DNA from: Bacteroidota bacterium
Lineage (GTDB): Bacteria; Bacteroidota; Rhodothermia; Rhodothermales; Bin80
DNA: 64,000 bases
Assembly: GCA_028875125.1 (NCBI GenBank)
Contig: JAPPGC010000104.1
Coordinates: 24,746 to 88,745, forward strand
Reading direction: 5' to 3'
Below, piece after piece: positions 1 to 10,003 of this stretch. The notes below the pieces were generated by a model, which saw only the letters and a program-made list of their open reading frames with translations, made no database searches and was not told where the DNA came from. Within the stretch, counting starts at the first letter, position 1. Each line of letters starts with the position of its first letter. A program made the translations under genes and the position numbers.

Positions 1-114
1 TTCGCGCAATCGCATGAGTACAGGCATTCGGCTTTCGGCCCATTCAATGCGCATTCGGCCCTTATCCGCCAGACTTAGATCGCGAACTTTGTACTGTCCC
101 TCTACGTGATTCAT
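1..114 (-). CDS. ahcY: Adenosylhomocysteinase, N-terminal 38 codons only (gene runs off the left edge)
   Basis: Absent from the ORF track because there is no stop in the window. The reverse complement of 1..114 reads MNHVEGQYKVRDLSLADKGRMRIEWAESRMPVLMRLRE. This matches the conserved SAH-hydrolase N-terminus (YKV.D.SLA..G...I..AE.EMP.LM.LR). Confidence 0.75.
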   Translation of the reverse strand, partial: MNHVEGQYKVRDLSLADKGRMRIEWAESRMPVLMRLRE

Positions 115-173
115 TGGTTGATTAACTAGACTAATGGGGAACGCTCAAACCCGTATGATTCCTACTCGTTCGT

Positions 174-3100
174 TTATCGGATGAGCGTCATTGATTGCTG
201 GGATATGCTGGTGCCAGCTTCCATTCTAATCCAGTACGTTCCAGGTGCTAGATGACGCATGTTCACGTTGACTGCATATCCCCCGGCCTCATGTGCACGA
301 TCAACGACCGTCAGCACTTCCTGGCCAAGTATGTTGAAGATTGTGATCTGCACCGGCATAGCTTCCGGCAGAACGTAGCTGATGTTTGTCTGGTCACTGA
401 ACGGGTTTGGGAAATTTGGATAGAGCACAAGGTCGGTGAATGTCGGGATAACCGGTGTATTCTCCGTCATCAGATAGTACTCGGCATTCAGAATCTTCCA
501 GAAGTTTCCGTTTGACTGCTGACTGCTACTGTTGTTAATTAAATCCAGGCGAAGTTGATAGGGTTGATTAAGGGGTCCAAGATCAAACCAAGACTCAATC
601 ATTGACGGAGATTCACCTGCAAAGATAACTTCTCCGCTTTCCGTTCTCGCCGGATATCCGTTACCGGGTATAAGTCTAGTCCAGGTGGAGCCTCCATCTT
701 CGGTCACACTTACGTATGCCGAATTTCCCTGGTCCAAGTAATAGGAGTGCTGCAACAGCAGCATCGTGCGCTGCGAATTTTCTGAAAAGTAGACGGGCTT
801 GAGTACTATGGAGGATTGCTGCTGCGAAGCAGGTGCCTCCGCAAGGTAACCGTCATCAGAAAACTCCCAATCTCCACTGATATATGCGTCAGGCAGCGCC
901 GCGACAGGGCTGTGTGTGGCGAGATACAATTTCATTAACGTTCCGGGGGGATCTCCACCGGGCGTACGAACATTGCCGTCAAAGTCTCTAACCGTTATGT
1001 GATACCCCAGCGCGCCGCTCTGTTTTGAACTGGGCACGGGAACGTCTGCATAAAACCAGTTCGAGGCTTCCAGTACAGGTCTGAACCGGTAGACTCCCAA
1101 GGCTTCCAGACGTGAATCCTCAACTTCATAAAGATTCAGCCGGACGGATTCTATGCCGGTGTCATCTTCGGCAGCCATTTGAATATGCGTAACAGGTTCG
1201 CCATACCTGACGAAGCCGTGCTCAAATGGAGCATACAAAATCTCTGGGGATATCCGATCCACGGGGGGATCCGCCAGGACACGTACACCCCGGATTGCCC
1301 ACCCCGCATAATTGTGTGTAGTAGATTCCGAATTGCCAATTCCTGTACCAAACGCTAGGCGCGTACTGACCTCAAACCGAAAAACATCTTCGGGCGCATC
1401 TGGAAGCGGCACACGAACGCGACGCCAGCCAAAACTGGAGCCCCCAAAGGCCGGAGTTCCAGACAGCGGGTTCCCACGCGTGTGGTCCACGACTCCGTTA
1501 TAACCCCATTGTGGTTCGGCGACCGTCCAGAATTGACCGCCGTCCGTAGAAATTTGAATTTGGCCACCATCATAAACTATACCGCCCATGTCTCCCGGGC
1601 CAGGGACGCCGGTATGTTCAAAATCATACCAGTGCCAGAATTCCAAGTGTGCGTTGGGGAATCCGGCGACATTGACCTCGGGCATAGACAGCAGGCTCAG
1701 CGCAGACTGATCACTGTAGGACGCATCCGGGTCGGTTACCCAGAGTGGCCCTGTGTACCCGAAAATAGAATCATCCGGGGCCCATTCACCAGAGGTTAGT
1801 CCGGGCCACTCTGAAGAATTCCATGCTCCGATCTCATTGGGTCCGGGAATCACATCAAGTCTCAACTGAGCTTCTCCCTCAAGAGGAAAGTAAGCGACGT
1901 TGGGTGGCTCGGCCTCGTCGTAAGCAAGCACCCGATACTCCATCCAGATCCCGGGTACAGATATTCCTGTATTGCTGGCCAACGGTGGTATGCCGGAATA
2001 GGTATCATTTCCCCCGTGGCTAAGAAGAAGAACCCCGCTTTCGGTCTCCTGATCGCTGGCGTTGGTCCTTGTGTATAGGATTTCAGCTTTCGATACGGCT
2101 TCATCGTCCGTCACCTGGACAGAAATGGTTAGGGGGATCTGGGCCTGCGTTACATGTGTGACAGGAGTGTAGAGAATCTCAGGCGGCTGTGTATCCGGTC
2201 CCAACTTCACACGGAAGAGCTCATCAGGCGCAGACATGGGGAGTTTCATGGAACCGACATCCGTAGACGCCTGGATATAGTACTCCAGGGACTGCGTGTT
2301 GGCGGGCACTGTTATCTCGGCTTTCCAGGTCTGCTGGCTTTCGTTGACCATGTTTTCCGTCAAAAAATTTCCCGAGTTCAGGCGATAGGTCACCGCTGCA
2401 TTGATGATCGAAAAACCAAGTGCTTCAATGTCAGCCTCAAATAGAACTGGAGAACTAAAGTCGATATGGCGCGGAGGTGGCGTGTGTACAATTACGGGTA
2501 TGCCTGTGGCAGGCCCCAAGAAACCCCGGTGCGCGAAGACATCATAGATTTGGCCCGAGTAAAGTTTGTCGTAAAGCGCATCATCAACCAGCAGCAGAGC
2601 CTGAACCATATCTGCCAGCGTAAAATCACCTGCCAAGTAGGGGAAGGCAGCAATATGCATGCGATCCGTCACTTCACGTCCGATACGTCCCCAGAGTTCC
2701 ATCATGAGGGCGGACCATGTTTGCGCATAGTAATAAAAATCACAACTCAGGCTACAATCGTTTTCGATCGTATCATAGTGAGCATTACCATCGGCGCGTC
2801 TTCCGCCCCAGAAGACGCCGTCCCAAGGAAAGACATCTCGCCAGTCTCCCATCGGGACTTGGCCAGACTCCATAAGGTGTCTGCGATATGAGACCGCCCA
2901 GTAGTCTGAGAATCCTTCTGCCAGTACCCCCGGCTCTCCAGAGATCCGGGGGTGGAAGCCCATATGTTCATACATAACTGCATGACCAAACTCGTGAAGA
3001 ATCACGCCGGCATCCTCTGCGTCGTCGGCTCCACCATCTCCAAAGTGCAAGGAATTAGTCCAGTACTGGAAGTAAGATTGATCTTCCGCGAGTGCGTGAG

Positions 3101-4247
3101 GATCTACCCTTACAGGGATTGAAGGTGGGGGATGTCCGAGATTCAAGCCTTGTATGTAGCGTTGGCTTTGGTCAATGAAGTGGTATGACATAACGGCTTC
3201 AAAACGCTTGTCGTTTCGCGTGTACTTGAAGCTGTTCTGATCGCTCTCTTCTGGAGCGTGAGAACCTATGATTCTCACCCATGGTCCATTCAGCCGGTAA
3301 AGCCCGTCGCTTGAGCTTTTCTCAATGTCCCGAAGGTTTTCGGTGATCAACAGGTTGTTCAGTGCGTCGCTGTCCTGGTCGTTGTTGTCTACATATATTC
3401 CCCCGTAGGGTTGACCCGAGGCGGTCAGGGGGTCATACATCCATACGGATCCCTGCCCGGAGGGGTGCTGATCAGTTCCTTCCGGGCCTTGGGGATGGTT
3501 ATGTGGGGTGGACATCCCCTCTGTGTGTGCACGAGAGAATATGCGCAGGTCCATCAACTGAATCAGCGCTCCCGTGTTTGCATCCAAAACAACCTCCCAT
3601 TCTCCCGGAGAGGAATCCGGCCAGACGATAACGCGCCAGACTAATCGGGGCGGGTTGTCGGGAAGCACAAGGAGATCGGGTGTCCTTGAACTTGCGCCTG
3701 TTTCAGAAACCGCACGTTGCGCCAGAGATTCAGCCTGGGTAGCGTTTAATGCAGGTACAGGGTTAAAGGAAGTAATGTTTTCCAGATGAAGAGCATAGCC
3801 GCTGATCACCATAGTCGGCAAGCCTGCTCTGTCCAGGTTTACATGCACAAAGCGCCCATATACTTTGACGCTGGCCAGCGTTTGCTGAAAGGTGAGATGC
3901 TCTGCACCGAGGGATTGTTTTTCGCTGACCAGTTCAAGGACTTCAGGTGTGTCTATACCGAATCGGGCACCATCTTCGGCCAGCCATTTGCGCGCGGTCG
4001 CCTCTGCGGTGGCTTCCGGGGTTATTGTCGGGGTTAGCTGATAAGCTGCTCGAAAAATTCCGAGCTCCTCATCAATCCGGCCGTTCTGTACGCGCGTACT
4101 AGGGATATTGCCCCAGACATCCTCGGTTACGACGGCAGCCTGGGAGGCTGCCGGGAGCGACTGTACTGCGACAGAGCGATCCTGGGCCTCTGCAAGGAAA
4201 GTGCAGGGGAGTATGAAGGCGAATACAATGAGGGCCTTGTACTCCAT
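174..4247 (-). CDS. Large secreted zinc metallopeptidase (fungalysin/thermolysin-like, M36/M4-type) with T9SS C-terminal sorting domain
   Basis: HExxH motif (VILHEFGHAVMYE) followed by AEGFSDYW, like the M36 GEGWSDF third-ligand region. An FTP/PepSY-like propeptide lies at the N-terminus. The C-terminus NPFSDQTNISYVLP...GTYWIRMEAG...MTLIR is a typical Por/T9SS tail. I place the start at the internal ATG 4247 (MEYKALIVFAFILPCTFLAEAQ signal peptide), which removes the overlap with metK. Confidence 0.7.
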   Translation of the reverse strand: MEYKALIVFAFILPCTFLAEAQDRSVAVQSLPAASQAAVVTEDVWGNIPSTRVQNGRIDEELGIFRAAYQLTPTITPEATAEATARKWLAEDGARFGIDTPEVLELVSEKQSLGAEHLTFQQTLASVKVYGRFVHVNLDRAGLPTMVISGYALHLENITSFNPVPALNATQAESLAQRAVSETGASSRTPDLLVLPDNPPRLVWRVIVWPDSSPGEWEVVLDANTGALIQLMDLRIFSRAHTEGMSTPHNHPQGPEGTDQHPSGQGSVWMYDPLTASGQPYGGIYVDNNDQDSDALNNLLITENLRDIEKSSSDGLYRLNGPWVRIIGSHAPEESDQNSFKYTRNDKRFEAVMSYHFIDQSQRYIQGLNLGHPPPSIPVRVDPHALAEDQSYFQYWTNSLHFGDGGADDAEDAGVILHEFGHAVMYEHMGFHPRISGEPGVLAEGFSDYWAVSYRRHLMESGQVPMGDWRDVFPWDGVFWGGRRADGNAHYDTIENDCSLSCDFYYYAQTWSALMMELWGRIGREVTDRMHIAAFPYLAGDFTLADMVQALLLVDDALYDKLYSGQIYDVFAHRGFLGPATGIPVIVHTPPPRHIDFSSPVLFEADIEALGFSIINAAVTYRLNSGNFLTENMVNESQQTWKAEITVPANTQSLEYYIQASTDVGSMKLPMSAPDELFRVKLGPDTQPPEILYTPVTHVTQAQIPLTISVQVTDDEAVSKAEILYTRTNASDQETESGVLLLSHGGNDTYSGIPPLASNTGISVPGIWMEYRVLAYDEAEPPNVAYFPLEGEAQLRLDVIPGPNEIGAWNSSEWPGLTSGEWAPDDSIFGYTGPLWVTDPDASYSDQSALSLLSMPEVNVAGFPNAHLEFWHWYDFEHTGVPGPGDMGGIVYDGGQIQISTDGGQFWTVAEPQWGYNGVVDHTRGNPLSGTPAFGGSSFGWRRVRVPLPDAPEDVFRFEVSTRLAFGTGIGNSESTTHNYAGWAIRGVRVLADPPVDRISPEILYAPFEHGFVRYGEPVTHIQMAAEDDTGIESVRLNLYEVEDSRLEALGVYRFRPVLEASNWFYADVPVPSSKQSGALGYHITVRDFDGNVRTPGGDPPGTLMKLYLATHSPVAALPDAYISGDWEFSDDGYLAEAPASQQQSSIVLKPVYFSENSQRTMLLLQHSYYLDQGNSAYVSVTEDGGSTWTRLIPGNGYPARTESGEVIFAGESPSMIESWFDLGPLNQPYQLRLDLINNSSSQQSNGNFWKILNAEYYLMTENTPVIPTFTDLVLYPNFPNPFSDQTNISYVLPEAMPVQITIFNILGQEVLTVVDRAHEAGGYAVNVNMRHLAPGTYWIRMEAGTSISQQSMTLIR

Positions 4248-4264
4248 ACTAAAAGACCGGTCAT

Positions 4265-5425
4265 TTATGCTGCTGCAGACTTGGTGTAGACGCGGAGTTT
4301 CTCTACCGCATCCTGTTGCTCCCACGGGAAGTCACTGCGACCGAAATGACCATAAGCGGCAGTCTTCTGGTAGATGGGCTGTTTGAGTCTGAGGTCATTG
4401 ATGATGCCCGCGGGACTCAAATCAAATGTCTCCTGTATGATTTCGGTCAGATCGTTATCCGAGAGTCCATGTGCTACAGTGCCGGACGAGTCAACATATA
4501 TGGAGACCGGCTCGGGTTTGGCGATTACGTAGGCGAGTTGGATTTCAACCATTCCGGCTAAACCGGCAGCCACAAGGTTTTTAGCAACATAGCGTGCGGC
4601 ATACGCAGCTGAACGGTCCACTTTTGATGGGTCTTTCCCACTGAAAGCGCCGCCTCCGTGCGCACCCCGCCCACCATAGGTATCCACGATAATTTTGCGG
4701 CCGGTTAGTCCGGCGTCGGCATGTGGTCCGCCGAGTACGAACTGTCCTGTACGGTTGACATAAAGTATCAACTCATCGTCTCTGAGATGGGAAGGAATTA
4801 CACGTGGCAGCAGGTGTTTTTCTATGTCCGCCTTGATTTGGTCCTGTTCGACAGCGGCATCATGTTGTGTGGCAATAACTACGGTGTGAATCCTCTGCGG
4901 GACCCTTCCTGTATGGTCGTACTGAACGGTCACCTGACTTTTCGAATCTGGACGCAGGTATGGCATAATGGATTCAAACTTGCGGATTCGGGCTAGTTCC
5001 TGCACAAGTCGGTGGGCGTACATCAGGGGAATTGGCATGAGTGACGAATCATCTTCGCGGCAGGCAAACCCGAACATCATGCCTTGGTCCCCTGCGCCCT
5101 TTTTTCCGATCCCCTTAGATATATCGTCACTTTGTCCATGAATGAGATCGGTCACGCAAACCGAGTTGGCAGCAAAGTGCAGATCAGGGTACGTATACCC
5201 GATTTGGCGAAGAACTTTGCGCACGACTGATTCGTGGTCCACCTGTGTCAAAGCACGGGTTTCGCCGGCCAGGATGACATTATTGGAGGTAACCATTGTT
5301 TCAACAGCGACACGGCTGTTTGCATCCTGTCTCAGATATTCGTCCAGGATGGCGTCAGAGATCTGGTCTGCGATCTTGTCTGGGTGTCCCTCGGACACTG
5401 ACTCAGATGTAAATAAGTAGGCCAT
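4265..5425 (-). CDS. metK: S-adenosylmethionine synthetase
   Basis: MAYLFTSESVSEGHPDKIADQISDAILD..., GAGDQGMMFGFA and GGGAFSGKDPSKVDRSAAY are the canonical MetK motifs over the full 386 aa. Confidence 0.97.
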   Translation of the reverse strand: MAYLFTSESVSEGHPDKIADQISDAILDEYLRQDANSRVAVETMVTSNNVILAGETRALTQVDHESVVRKVLRQIGYTYPDLHFAANSVCVTDLIHGQSDDISKGIGKKGAGDQGMMFGFACREDDSSLMPIPLMYAHRLVQELARIRKFESIMPYLRPDSKSQVTVQYDHTGRVPQRIHTVVIATQHDAAVEQDQIKADIEKHLLPRVIPSHLRDDELILYVNRTGQFVLGGPHADAGLTGRKIIVDTYGGRGAHGGGAFSGKDPSKVDRSAAYAARYVAKNLVAAGLAGMVEIQLAYVIAKPEPVSIYVDSSGTVAHGLSDNDLTEIIQETFDLSPAGIINDLRLKQPIYQKTAAYGHFGRSDFPWEQQDAVEKLRVYTKSAAA

Positions 5426-5611
5426 TTAGCGTGACATGTACGTATAAAGAAGACTAGAACCGTTATGCGGTATGTCTGGTTCAATTGGGGCAATTAGCGG
5501 TTCAACTCACTAAGCGGTAAAAATCTCACGATTTTGCCGTAATTTTGTGTCCCAGCGCTGTTTAAGATCGTGCGCTGTGTGCTTTTATCATCAAGACAAA
5601 AGAAAATAGCA

Positions 5612-5848
5612 ATGGCAGGATTGGAAGATAGGGTCAAGGCAATAGTAGCAGACAAGCTAGGCGTAGACGAAGACAGCATTCAGGAGAGTGCCTCTTTCAC
5701 TGACGACCTTGGAGCAGACTCCCTTGATACCGTTGAATTGATCATGGAGTTTGAGAAAGAGTTTGACATAAGTATTCCAGATGAGGATGCTGAGACGATC
5801 GCCACCGTTGGAAAAGCGATAGAGTACCTCGCCGAAAAGGTCGTTTGA
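5612..5848 (+). CDS. acpP: Acyl carrier protein
   Basis: ATG at 5612 gives [20 protein letters not shown]...[17 protein letters not shown] with the DSLD phosphopantetheine serine. It lies immediately upstream of fabF. Confidence 0.95.
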   Translation: MAGLEDRVKAIVADKLGVDEDSIQESASFTDDLGADSLDTVELIMEFEKEFDISIPDEDAETIATVGKAIEYLAEKVV

Positions 5849-5873
5849 GGACTCCTTACCGGACACTTTAGGC

Positions 5874-7139
5874 ATGACCATTGCACACAAATCGCGTCGT
5901 GTCGTAGTGACGGGGATGGGGGCGCTGACCCCCCTGGGGCATTCTTCAGATGTCTTCTGGGAAGGGTTGATGGAGGGTAAGAGTGGTGCAGCGCCCATCA
6001 CCCACTTCGACGCAGAGAACTTCGCTACCAAGTTTGCTTGCGAAGTAAGGGGATTTGATCCTCTAGATCATTTGGATCGGCGTGAGGCGCGGAAGATGGA
6101 TCCGTTTGCCCAGTATGCGGTGGTTGCCGCCGCGCAGGCGGTGGAGCATTCAGGTCTGGAGCCGGATAAGATGTCCCAGGACGAGCGGGATCGAACTGCC
6201 GTAGTCATCGGTAGCGGGATCGGGGGACTTCAGGTTTTTCATGAGCAGACGGAAAGCTACATCAAGCGTGGTCCTCGCCGTATCTCCCCGTTCTTTATTC
6301 CGAAGCTGATTCCAGATATCGTCAGTGGACATGTTTCGATTCGCTACGGGTTCCGCGGCCCCAATTACTGTGTAGTCAGCGCTTGTGCTACTGGTAATAA
6401 CAACATAAGTGATGTGTTCATGATGATGCAGCGCGGTATGATTGATGCAGCATTGTGTGGAGGGGCTGAAGCTGCAATCAGCGAGTTGGGGATCGGAGGC
6501 TTTAATGCTCTCCGGGCGCTTTCAACACGTAATGATGATCCTGCGACGGCCAGTCGCCCATTCGATAAAACCCGCGACGGGTTCGTGCTCGGCGAGGGAG
6601 CCGGGGTGCTTGTGATTGAATCACTCGAGCGTGCACAGGCCCGCGGAGCAAACATTTATGCCGAAATCATTGGGGTTGGTATGAGTGCTGATGCTAATCA
6701 TATCACGGCTCCAGACCCGAACGGGCATGGCGCAATGCTCGCGATGCGCAATATGCTGGCTGACGCACATTTGAAGCCCGAAGATGTTGATTATCTCAAT
6801 ATGCACGGGACTGCAACACCATTAGGGGATATTGCCGAGACTAAGTCCGTGAAACAGGTCTTTGGCGAGCACGCCTACGAGATGAACGTCTCTTCCACCA
6901 AGAGTATGACCGGACACTTACTCGGTGCGGCAGGAGCAGTCGAGGCTATCGCAACGATTCAAGCGATCTGTAATGACATGGTGCCTCCGACGATAAATTT
7001 CGTTACACCAGATCCAGATTGTGATCTCAACTACACATTCAATAAGCCGCAGAAACGTCGAATAGATGTGGCGGTGTCCAATGCGTTTGGTTTTGGCGGT
7101 CACAATACATCGGTAGCTTTCCGAAAATTTGTAGCCTGA
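5874..7139 (+). CDS. fabF: 3-oxoacyl-ACP synthase II
   Basis: RRVVVTGMGALTPLG, active-site SACATG, the HITAP and NMHGTATPLGD histidines, and the GFGGHN C-terminal motif. Confidence 0.95.
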   Translation: MTIAHKSRRVVVTGMGALTPLGHSSDVFWEGLMEGKSGAAPITHFDAENFATKFACEVRGFDPLDHLDRREARKMDPFAQYAVVAAAQAVEHSGLEPDKMSQDERDRTAVVIGSGIGGLQVFHEQTESYIKRGPRRISPFFIPKLIPDIVSGHVSIRYGFRGPNYCVVSACATGNNNISDVFMMMQRGMIDAALCGGAEAAISELGIGGFNALRALSTRNDDPATASRPFDKTRDGFVLGEGAGVLVIESLERAQARGANIYAEIIGVGMSADANHITAPDPNGHGAMLAMRNMLADAHLKPEDVDYLNMHGTATPLGDIAETKSVKQVFGEHAYEMNVSSTKSMTGHLLGAAGAVEAIATIQAICNDMVPPTINFVTPDPDCDLNYTFNKPQKRRIDVAVSNAFGFGGHNTSVAFRKFVA

Positions 7140-7140
7140 G

Positions 7141-7183
7141 TCAGGTCTACCCAGCAGTCGCAGGGTACCCTACCTGATTTTCT
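7141..7183 (+). terminator. Possible intrinsic terminator after fabF
   Basis: tcaggt(7141-46)/acctga(7072-77 numbering: 7172-7177) and taccc/gggta form a two-part hairpin with an internal loop, followed by TTTT at 7178-7181. The stem is imperfect. Confidence 0.35.
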
Positions 7184-7315
7184 GGACTGCTTTGATCCGT
7201 ATTACCACAGTGTAGGAGTGTGAGGTCTTGGCCGCGCACGGCCGAGCCGGCATTGCCAGTTCAGGGGGAGTTTGGTGAGGAGTGGATATATCTGTAACTG
7301 AGGGCGGGGGTCTAT

Positions 7316-7789
7316 TCATGCCGCTGCGCCGCGGTTGGTGCAGTCTGTTCGCTGGCAGTGGCCATACAGGTTGAGTGCATGTCGCTTGATCTCGAAGGTA
7401 TAGATGTCCGCGACCATTTCCTGGATCTTCTGGATGCGTGGATCACAAAACTCCATGACATGGTGACAATCCAGGCAGATCAAATGATCATGCTGCCAAA
7501 AGCGGAAGGAGGGTTCATATTTGGCCTGCGAGTTTCCAAACTGATGGCGGACTACGAGGTCGGAATCCAAAAGCAGACTTAGCGTATTGTAGACTGTCGC
7601 ACGACTGATCGAGTGTTTTTGCTGCTTCAGTTGAAGGTACAGCGTATCTGCATCTATGTGTCCCGTGGCATCGTATATGGCATCAAGAACGACAAGTCGC
7701 GCCTGGGTTTGCCGCAGGCCCCTACGTTTTAGAAATTCTATAAAAAGGACGCGGACTTCTTTGCGCTGATCTGGGGAGAGTCTCGACAA
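7316..7789 (-). CDS. Fur-family metalloregulator (Fur/Zur/PerR type not resolved)
   Basis: Winged-helix N-domain (RQTQARLVVLDAI...SRATVYNTL) and a C-terminal metal site HDHLICLDCHHVMEF...GHC. The start is a TTG, so its position is uncertain. Confidence 0.85.
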   Translation of the reverse strand: MSRLSPDQRKEVRVLFIEFLKRRGLRQTQARLVVLDAIYDATGHIDADTLYLQLKQQKHSISRATVYNTLSLLLDSDLVVRHQFGNSQAKYEPSFRFWQHDHLICLDCHHVMEFCDPRIQKIQEMVADIYTFEIKRHALNLYGHCQRTDCTNRGAAA

Positions 7790-7975
7790 TGCAGTACTGG
7801 GTGGTTGATGTTTATACCTTACACGGGGGAATCCAGCGTGTTCCAGTAAACAGAGTTACTATAGTACGCTGAAATCCTGTTTTCTTAGGGAGAAAAAACA
7901 CCCCGTTCATTTGAAGTTTCGGGTGTATTTGCGTAACTTAGGTCTGCGCTGAATAAGCCCCATTGAGGCAATTCA

Positions 7976-9385
7976 ATGAGCATTTATTATGATTACAGAG
8001 ACGACGATTCGTCTGAGGGTCAGAATATCAGGGCCTTGATCAGTGCTTTTGAGCGCAGGAGTCCGGAGACGTATTTTGATGTTGATTCGCTTGATAAAAT
8101 TGCGTTTCACTACTTTGAATCCGGTCGATTTGAGGAGGCACTTTCTGCAATAGATCAGATTCTGACGGTTCAGCCTTTTTCTGCATATACTTGGCTCAAG
8201 CGAGGTGTCTTGTTGGGTAATCTGTGCCGTTATGAAGATTCCCATCAGTCATTGGAAAAAGCGCTCAGCCTCAATCCCCATGACAGCGAGATTTTGCTCA
8301 ATATGGGCCTAACTCTTGAGGCACTCGGGTGCGATGATGAGGCGGTCAAGCGTTTTGATGAGGCCGTTCGTCTGGATCCGCTGAATGAGGATGCCAACTT
8401 CCATCTGGGGTGTGCATCTGCCCGATTGGGCAGGATTGAAGAGGCGGTTGCTAACCTGCAGATGTGTGCAGATCGAAACCCGGAGCACCAGGATGTGTGG
8501 TTTGAGCTTGGTTATTGCTACGATATTCTTCAGGATTTCGAGGCGAGCCTGGGAGCCTATTCCCACCAGATTGATTTAGATCCGTATTCGTGCGAAACCT
8601 GGTTCAATAAGGGGGTGGTGTTGACGAAGCTTGGACGGATGGAAGAGGCATTGCACTGCTATGATCTCACCCTGGATATCGACCCAGGCTTTATACCGGG
8701 TTACCACAATCGAGGCAACACACTGGCTCTGTTCGGGCGCTTTGAGGAGGCAATAGAGTGTTATCAAGAGATTCTTGATCGCCTGGGTGATGACGCACAG
8801 GCATATTGCAATATGGCGCTCGCTGCCGCAGAGTTGGACGAACTGGATCGCAGTATCCGCTTGTTTCGGAAATCGCTTAGTATCGAACCTGACTTTGCCA
8901 TGGCATGGCATGGATTAGGTTGCTGCTATACGGAGCTCGGACGCCATCGCTTGGCGGTTAGGGCGCATACGAAGGCTACCGAGCTTTCTGGAGATAATCT
9001 GGATTTCTGGTGTTGCAGGGCTGACGCAGAATTAATTGCAGGATACAAACGGAAGGCAGTTAAGTCGTTCAGGAGGATGACCGAGTTACTGCCTGATGAT
9101 CATCGGGTCTGGATGGAGTACGCATCAGTACTGTCCCAAAACGGAAAGACACGCGAGGCGTGCAAGGCGTATGAGCGTGCAATCAAACTTGATCCGGAGT
9201 GCCCGACGACGTGGTATCAGTATTCTGAACTTCTATTTATGCTCGGCAAGGTTGATCTGTGCCTGGATGCGCTGTCAAAGTCCTTTGAGCTAAATCCAGA
9301 GTACAAGAAGCGGTTCAGGAAGCATTGTCCTCCGGAGATATACAATCATCCGCGTTTCAGAGAACGCGTCGGGATAGATTATTAA
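7976..9385 (+). CDS. Tetratricopeptide-repeat protein
   Basis: Repeated 34-aa TPR units (A..Y/F..AL.L.P....A....G) run through the whole 469 aa. Confidence 0.8.
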   Translation: MSIYYDYRDDDSSEGQNIRALISAFERRSPETYFDVDSLDKIAFHYFESGRFEEALSAIDQILTVQPFSAYTWLKRGVLLGNLCRYEDSHQSLEKALSLNPHDSEILLNMGLTLEALGCDDEAVKRFDEAVRLDPLNEDANFHLGCASARLGRIEEAVANLQMCADRNPEHQDVWFELGYCYDILQDFEASLGAYSHQIDLDPYSCETWFNKGVVLTKLGRMEEALHCYDLTLDIDPGFIPGYHNRGNTLALFGRFEEAIECYQEILDRLGDDAQAYCNMALAAAELDELDRSIRLFRKSLSIEPDFAMAWHGLGCCYTELGRHRLAVRAHTKATELSGDNLDFWCCRADAELIAGYKRKAVKSFRRMTELLPDDHRVWMEYASVLSQNGKTREACKAYERAIKLDPECPTTWYQYSELLFMLGKVDLCLDALSKSFELNPEYKKRFRKHCPPEIYNHPRFRERVGIDY

Positions 9386-9391
9386 ATAGTC

Positions 9392-10003
9392 TTGCACTGG
9401 ATCAGGCGGCTATATGATTGGGTGCTCGGCTGGGCCGAGTCCTCCTATGGTGCGGTGGCGCTGTTTTTTCTGGCGGTGGCTGAGTCCGTATTCTTTCCTA
9501 TTCCCCCGGATGTACTTTTGATTGCGCTCGCGCTGGGGCGGCGCAGGAAGGCATTGTACTTCGGACTGCTTTGCAGTGCAGGCTCACTTTGTGGGGGGAT
9601 GATCGGATACGCACTTGGTCACTACGCATGGCTGACTCCTGATGGATTCACAGCGCTCGCACAGTTTTTCTTTCACAATATCCCCGGATTTAGTGAGGCA
9701 GTTTATGCGGACCTAGGACAGAGATTTGAGGAGTGGGGTTTCGTGATCATCTTTACCGCAGGTTTTACACCCGTTCCCTACAAACTCTTCACTATCAGTG
9801 CCGGCGCCTTTGCTATTTCCTTTCCCCTGTTCCTTTTGGCCTCAGCGATTAGCCGCACAGCACGGTTTATGCTCGTGAGCGCCCTGATCTGGCGCTTTGG
9901 AGAACCAGTTCGCGGCTTCATTGACCGCTACTTTAATTGGCTCGCAATTGCTTTTGCGGTGCTCCTTGTGGGGGGCTTTGCTCTGCTAAAGTTGCTTACT
10001 TGA
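9392..10003 (+). CDS. YqaA/DedA-like (SNARE-associated) inner-membrane protein
   Basis: N-terminal LFFLAVAESVFFPIPPDVLLIALAL is typical of the YqaA family, with several predicted TM helices. TTG start. Confidence 0.65.
   Translation: MHWIRRLYDWVLGWAESSYGAVALFFLAVAESVFFPIPPDVLLIALALGRRRKALYFGLLCSAGSLCGGMIGYALGHYAWLTPDGFTALAQFFFHNIPGFSEAVYADLGQRFEEWGFVIIFTAGFTPVPYKLFTISAGAFAISFPLFLLASAISRTARFMLVSALIWRFGEPVRGFIDRYFNWLAIAFAVLLVGGFALLKLLT

Noticed and set aside
4248-4325. 5' extension of the protease ORF overlapping the metK 3' end
   Set aside because: The internal ATG at 4247 is followed by a proper signal peptide. The extension would overlap metK by 61 nt and adds no signal sequence.
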